A DNA stretch of 64,000 nucleotides, taken from NCBI GenBank assembly GCA_947627355.1, contig CANQVX010000009.1, forward strand, positions 12,168 through 76,167, written 5' to 3'. Source of the DNA: an uncultured Bacilli bacterium. Its GTDB lineage: Bacteria; Bacillota_I; Bacilli_A; RFN20; CAG-631. Below are positions 60,159-64,000 of the stretch, in pieces. The notes beneath the pieces are model-generated. The model was given only the letters and a program-made list of their open reading frames with translations, searched no databases and was not told the DNA's origin. The stretch's first letter is position 1; each line of letters starts with the position of its first letter. The position numbers were made by a program, and so were the translations under genes.

Positions 60159-62768
60159 TTATTTGTTTTGTTTTAGTTCCTTTAATTTTTCTTCAATACT
60201 TGCTTTTCTTGATAAATAATTTTGAAGTTTTTCTTTTTCTTCTTTTATTTTATTTTCAGGAGCTTTTTCTAGAAATCTAGGATTAGATAACATTGCATTG
60301 CATCTATTAACTTCATTTATGAATTTTTCAAGTTCTGCTTCATATTTTTTAATTTCAGCTTCAACATCAACATCTTTATGGTAATTTATTAAATAATTTG
60401 CATTTTCAGTTGCTAGAATTGTGGCATTTTCATCCTTTTTATCGACAAATTTTAGATGATTGAATTGTTCAATAATAGTAGCATAATTGTCTAATAATTG
60501 TCCTATTAATGTTGATTTTTGTTCAACATTTACTTCTAATATTTCTTTATTTTTAATGTTATTTGTGTTTCGATAATTTCTAATAAATGTTGTAAGTTCA
60601 ATGATTTCATTCATTTGTTTATTAACATCTTTACTATCATTTACTTTTAAGATAGTAGGCCATGTTTCTAAACAAATTGATTTTTTAGCTTCTGGTAGTG
60701 CTTGATATAATTCTTCACTAACAAACGGAACAAAAGGATGAAGTAGGATAATAATAGCCTTTAAAGCATAATATAAAACTTGTTTGGTTGCTTCTTTAGT
60801 TTTATCATTTGCTAGATTTAACTTACTAATTTCAATATACCAAGAACAAAAATTATCCCATACTAAGGAAGTTAAATAACTACCAACATTAGCAAATTCA
60901 TATTTTTCAAGATTTTCTTCGATATTAGTTATAGCTTCATTTAATCTAACAACCATCCATTTATCCATCAAAGGTAACTTATCATAATCAAATCCAGTGA
61001 CTTTAAAATCAGCACCTAGATTCATTAAAACAAATCTAGCAGCATTCCAAATCTTGTTAATAAAGTTCCAACTAGATGATATCTTTTCACTTGAAAATCT
61101 AAAATCAATACCTGGTGCACTATTAGTAGCTAAAAAGAATCTTAAAGCATCAGCCCCATATTTATCGATAACTTCCATAGGATCAATACCATTGCCTAAT
61201 GATTTTGACATCTTACGTCCTTGTTCATCACGAATTAAACCATGAATCAAAACTTGTTTAAATGGAACCTTATCAGTAAATTCAATAGCTTCAAACATCA
61301 TTCTAGATACCCAAAAGAAAATAATATCATAAGCAGTAACTAATAAATCATTTGGATAATAACGTTTATAATCGTCTGTTATTTCAGGCCAACCTAAAGT
61401 TGTAAATGGCCATAAAGCCGATGAAAACCAAGTATCTAAAACATCTTCATCTTGAACATAGTTTTCGATATCTTTAGGAGGATTGAATGATACTAATATT
61501 TCATCGCTACCTTTTTTATAATAAGCAGGTATTCTATGTCCCCACCATAATTGACGAGAAACACACCAGTCTTCAATATTTTCTAACCATTGAATAAATA
61601 TTTTTTCAAATCTAGCTGGAAAGAATTGCACACCCTTATTATTTTTTTGTCTATCTAGAGTATTCTTTGCTAGTTTTTTCATCGAAACAAACCATTGTTT
61701 AGATAACATTGGTTCAACAATAGCATCACTACGTTCAGAATGACCCACTTGATGTAAATGAGTTTCAATCTTTTCAACTAAACCTTTGTTAGTTAATTCT
61801 TTTACCAATTCTTCACGGCATTTAAAACGATCCATACCTTCATACTTATTTGCTCTAGCATTCATAGTAGCATCTAGATTCATACAAACAATTTGTTTTA
61901 AATGATGTTTTTCACCTAGCATATAGTCATTAGGATCATGAGCTGGTGTACATTTCATAGCTCCTGTTGCAAATTCAATATCAACATATTCATCAAAAAT
62001 AATAGGTAGTAATTCATCATTAGCAGGATTTATAACCTTTTTATCTTTTAAATGTTGATATCTTTCATCCTTAGGATTAACAACAACGGCTACATCACCA
62101 AACATAGTTTCAGGTCTAGTTGTACCAACAATGATATAATCATTACTATTTTCAAGATAATAACGGAAATAATACATATGACCTTCTATTTCTTTATAGA
62201 TAACTTCAATGTTAGATAAAGCAGTCTTTAATACTGGATCCCAGTTAATTATCTTTTCTTTTCGATAGATATAACCTTTTTCATATAAAGATACAAAGAC
62301 TTTTCTAACAGCCACATTTCTTTTATCATCAAGGGTAAAGGCTTCTCTACTATAATCTAAAGACATTCCAATCTTTTTCCATTGACTACGAATAGTATTA
62401 GCATATTCTTTTTTCCATTCCCATGCTACTTTTAAGAATTCTTCACGGCCAATATCATATTTGTTGATACCTTGATCTCTTAATTTCTTTTCAATCTTTG
62501 CTTGAGTGGCAATGCCTGCATGGTCCATACCAGCAACCCATAAAACATCATAACCCTTAAGTCTTTTATAACGCATGATAACATCTTGTAAAGTGCCATT
62601 ATAAGCATGACCTAAATGTAACATACCAGTAACATTAGGTGGTGGTAAAACTACACAATAGGGCTTTTTAGTTATATCACCAGCCGTAAAATAGCCTTCT
62701 TTTACCCAGGTATCATATTTATTTTCTTCAACCTTGATATGATCATATTTAACATCTAATGTCTTCAT
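60159..62768 (-). CDS. valS: valine--tRNA ligase
   Basis: 869 aa; HLGH and KMSKS motifs, editing domain, C-terminal coiled coil. Confidence 0.97.
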   Translation of the reverse strand: MKTLDVKYDHIKVEENKYDTWVKEGYFTAGDITKKPYCVVLPPPNVTGMLHLGHAYNGTLQDVIMRYKRLKGYDVLWVAGMDHAGIATQAKIEKKLRDQGINKYDIGREEFLKVAWEWKKEYANTIRSQWKKIGMSLDYSREAFTLDDKRNVAVRKVFVSLYEKGYIYRKEKIINWDPVLKTALSNIEVIYKEIEGHMYYFRYYLENSNDYIIVGTTRPETMFGDVAVVVNPKDERYQHLKDKKVINPANDELLPIIFDEYVDIEFATGAMKCTPAHDPNDYMLGEKHHLKQIVCMNLDATMNARANKYEGMDRFKCREELVKELTNKGLVEKIETHLHQVGHSERSDAIVEPMLSKQWFVSMKKLAKNTLDRQKNNKGVQFFPARFEKIFIQWLENIEDWCVSRQLWWGHRIPAYYKKGSDEILVSFNPPKDIENYVQDEDVLDTWFSSALWPFTTLGWPEITDDYKRYYPNDLLVTAYDIIFFWVSRMMFEAIEFTDKVPFKQVLIHGLIRDEQGRKMSKSLGNGIDPMEVIDKYGADALRFFLATNSAPGIDFRFSSEKISSSWNFINKIWNAARFVLMNLGADFKVTGFDYDKLPLMDKWMVVRLNEAITNIEENLEKYEFANVGSYLTSLVWDNFCSWYIEISKLNLANDKTKEATKQVLYYALKAIIILLHPFVPFVSEELYQALPEAKKSICLETWPTILKVNDSKDVNKQMNEIIELTTFIRNYRNTNNIKNKEILEVNVEQKSTLIGQLLDNYATIIEQFNHLKFVDKKDENATILATENANYLINYHKDVDVEAEIKKYEAELEKFINEVNRCNAMLSNPRFLEKAPENKIKEEKEKLQNYLSRKASIEEKLKELKQNK

Positions 62769-63045
62769 AAATTAACCTCCTAAAAATAAAAAAACGCCCT
62801 AATTTAAGGACGCATAATATACGTGGTACCACCTTAATTTATTTGTAATAATTATTTTTACAAATACACTCATTTCCTATTAACGCTAGGACACGATTGA
62901 ACTACTTATTTTTCATTCAATGTACTCCAAGACTACCTTCAAATTGTTTCTTTATCATGTTTCAGCAAGCCATGACTCTCTAGAAAAGCAAACAATTTTA
63001 CTCCTTCTTTTCTTCGTACAAGTAAATACTACTGAAATTAATACT
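62769..63045 (-). promoter_or_regulatory. T-box riboswitch leader of valS (promoter, stem I, T-box sequence, terminator/antiterminator)
   Basis: On minus strand TTGACA promoter near 63040, AGAGA-GUC-A candidate specifier loop (GUC is a Val codon), T-box motif AATTAAGGTGGTACCACG (plus 62822-62839), terminator hairpin plus U7 (62790-62813) just before the RBS. Confidence 0.6.
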
Positions 63046-63059
63046 AATTGTCAAACATT

Positions 63060-63473
63060 TTATCCATAAATACCGAAATAAATGGTCATATTTTTGGTTA
63101 AATATTGCTCTGTTAAAATGTTTGTGGCAAGTCCAGTTTTTTTATCATATTTAGTCATAAATGGTGTATAAGCCCAAAAGCCATCACCATGTAGTGGTGG
63201 AACATGATAATTTAATGTATTCCATGTAAATCTATCAATATCTTCATATGATAAAAAATAACCCTTCTCATATTCACGTTTTGTTTCAGCAAGCACTTCA
63301 TCTTTAAAATAATATCCAGCAAAATGGCCATTTTCATCTACATGTTCAGTAATAAGTGTCAGTTGCAAAAACGTTAATACAACTGTTTTATCTTCTTCAG
63401 CTGTTGACTTATCACAGCCAGTAAACATAAGTAAGTTAGAAAGTAATAAAAAGAATGCAACTGTTTTTTTCAT
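63060..63473 (-). CDS. small lipoprotein, tandem paralog B (unknown function)
   Basis: 137 aa, lipobox LMFTGC; near-identical to upstream paralog; weak RBS. Confidence 0.5.
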   Translation of the reverse strand: MKKTVAFFLLLSNLLMFTGCDKSTAEEDKTVVLTFLQLTLITEHVDENGHFAGYYFKDEVLAETKREYEKGYFLSYEDIDRFTWNTLNYHVPPLHGDGFWAYTPFMTKYDKKTGLATNILTEQYLTKNMTIYFGIYG

Positions 63474-63479
63474 ATAATT

Positions 63480-63893
63480 CTATCCAAAAATTCCAAAATA
63501 AATGGTCATATCTTTTGTTAAATATTGCTTTTCTAAAATGTTTGTGGCAAGTCCAGTTTCTTTATCAAATTCTGTCATAAATGATGTGTAAAACCAATAA
63601 CCCCCACCATTTAATGTTGGAACATGATGATTTAATCTATTCCAACGAATCATTTCAATTTCTTCATGCGACAAAAAATAACCTTTTTCATATTCAAATT
63701 TGGTTTCAGCAAGCACTTCATCTTTAAAATAATAACCAGCAAAATGGCCATTTTCATCTACATGTTCAGTAATAAGTGTCAGTTGTAAAAACGTTAATAC
63801 AACTGTTTTATCTTCTTTTGCTTTTGACTTATCACAGCCAGTAAACATAAGTAAGTTAGAAAGTAATAAAAAGAATGCGACTGTTTTTTTCAT
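63480..63893 (-). CDS. small lipoprotein, tandem paralog A (unknown function)
   Basis: 137 aa, lipobox LMFTGC; GAAAGGAG RBS and TGnTATAAT promoter upstream (63915-63935). Confidence 0.55.
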   Translation of the reverse strand: MKKTVAFFLLLSNLLMFTGCDKSKAKEDKTVVLTFLQLTLITEHVDENGHFAGYYFKDEVLAETKFEYEKGYFLSHEEIEMIRWNRLNHHVPTLNGGGYWFYTSFMTEFDKETGLATNILEKQYLTKDMTIYFGIFG

Positions 63894-64000
63894 ATAATTC
63901 TCCTTTCTGAATCATTAAATATGTTTTAGACATCTATATTATACAATAAAAAAGAACAAATAATAAGCCTCTTATTATTTGCCCCCATTTACTTTATTAA

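Larger units (their letters stand above)
63060..63899. repeat. tandem duplication of an about 420-bp lipoprotein gene unit
   Basis: Long identical DNA stretches (e.g. 63300-63470 vs 63720-63890) and about 85% identical proteins. Confidence 0.8.

Noticed and set aside
1-64000. Alternative genetic code (TGA=Trp, Mollicutes) given the extreme AT content
   Set aside because: Long conserved genes (uvrA, valS, secDF, fusA) are intact under the standard code with TGG for Trp; no TGA-interrupted conserved genes seen.
1-64000. Mobile elements (IS/transposon/prophage)
   Set aside because: No transposase, integrase, terminal inverted repeats or phage structural genes recognised; gene order is largely syntenic with Bacillus housekeeping and sporulation loci.

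Overview
This window is an AT-rich (roughly 70% A+T by eye), gene-dense chromosomal segment read with the standard genetic code. TGG encodes Trp, and long ORFs such as uvrA, valS and secDF are intact without TGA recoding. It looks like a low-GC endospore-forming Firmicute; Clostridia or Erysipelotrichia-like is a guess, not a determination.

Most of the window is housekeeping. It holds secG, uvrB, an S41 protease, whiA, trxB, lgt and uvrA in one block, the str operon (rpsL-rpsG-fusA-tuf), uvrC-mutS2, secDF, ruvAB, valS with a T-box leader, murA, tdk, udk and rpsU. Interleaved with these is a recognisable sporulation gene set in Bacillus-like synteny. It comprises spoVT, an S4 protein (yabO-like), yabP, yabQ and spoIIE in one run, and yqfC, yqfD and phoH in another. 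It also includes cshB-nfo, gerE with a sigma-K-like -10 element, a gerM-like gene, a spoVB-like flippase and a CotF-like small-protein pair.

No rRNA, tRNA, CRISPR array, transposase or integrase was seen. Eight observations stand out:
- A two-repeat membrane permease is co-encoded with two tandem PII-like signalling proteins.
- Four perfect 15-bp direct repeats lie at exact 33-bp phasing, with nested inverted repeats, upstream of the DUF402-tdk operon.
- A YdjI-type SPFH gene is broken by a single-base frameshift in an A4 run. The downstream zinc-ribbon gene is interrupted by an in-frame TAA, so a Psp-like membrane-stress module appears to be decaying.
- A large Big_2 surface protein is fused to a C-terminal VanZ-like membrane domain.
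- A 64-aa peptide with a double-glycine or prepilin-like leader is translationally coupled to radC.
- Two tandem near-identical lipoprotein genes sit at the window end.
- A murA-linked block encodes membrane, lipoprotein and cytoplasmic proteins of unknown function.
- A 156-aa short MinC-like protein without minD lies next to radC in a truncated radC-mre-min cluster.
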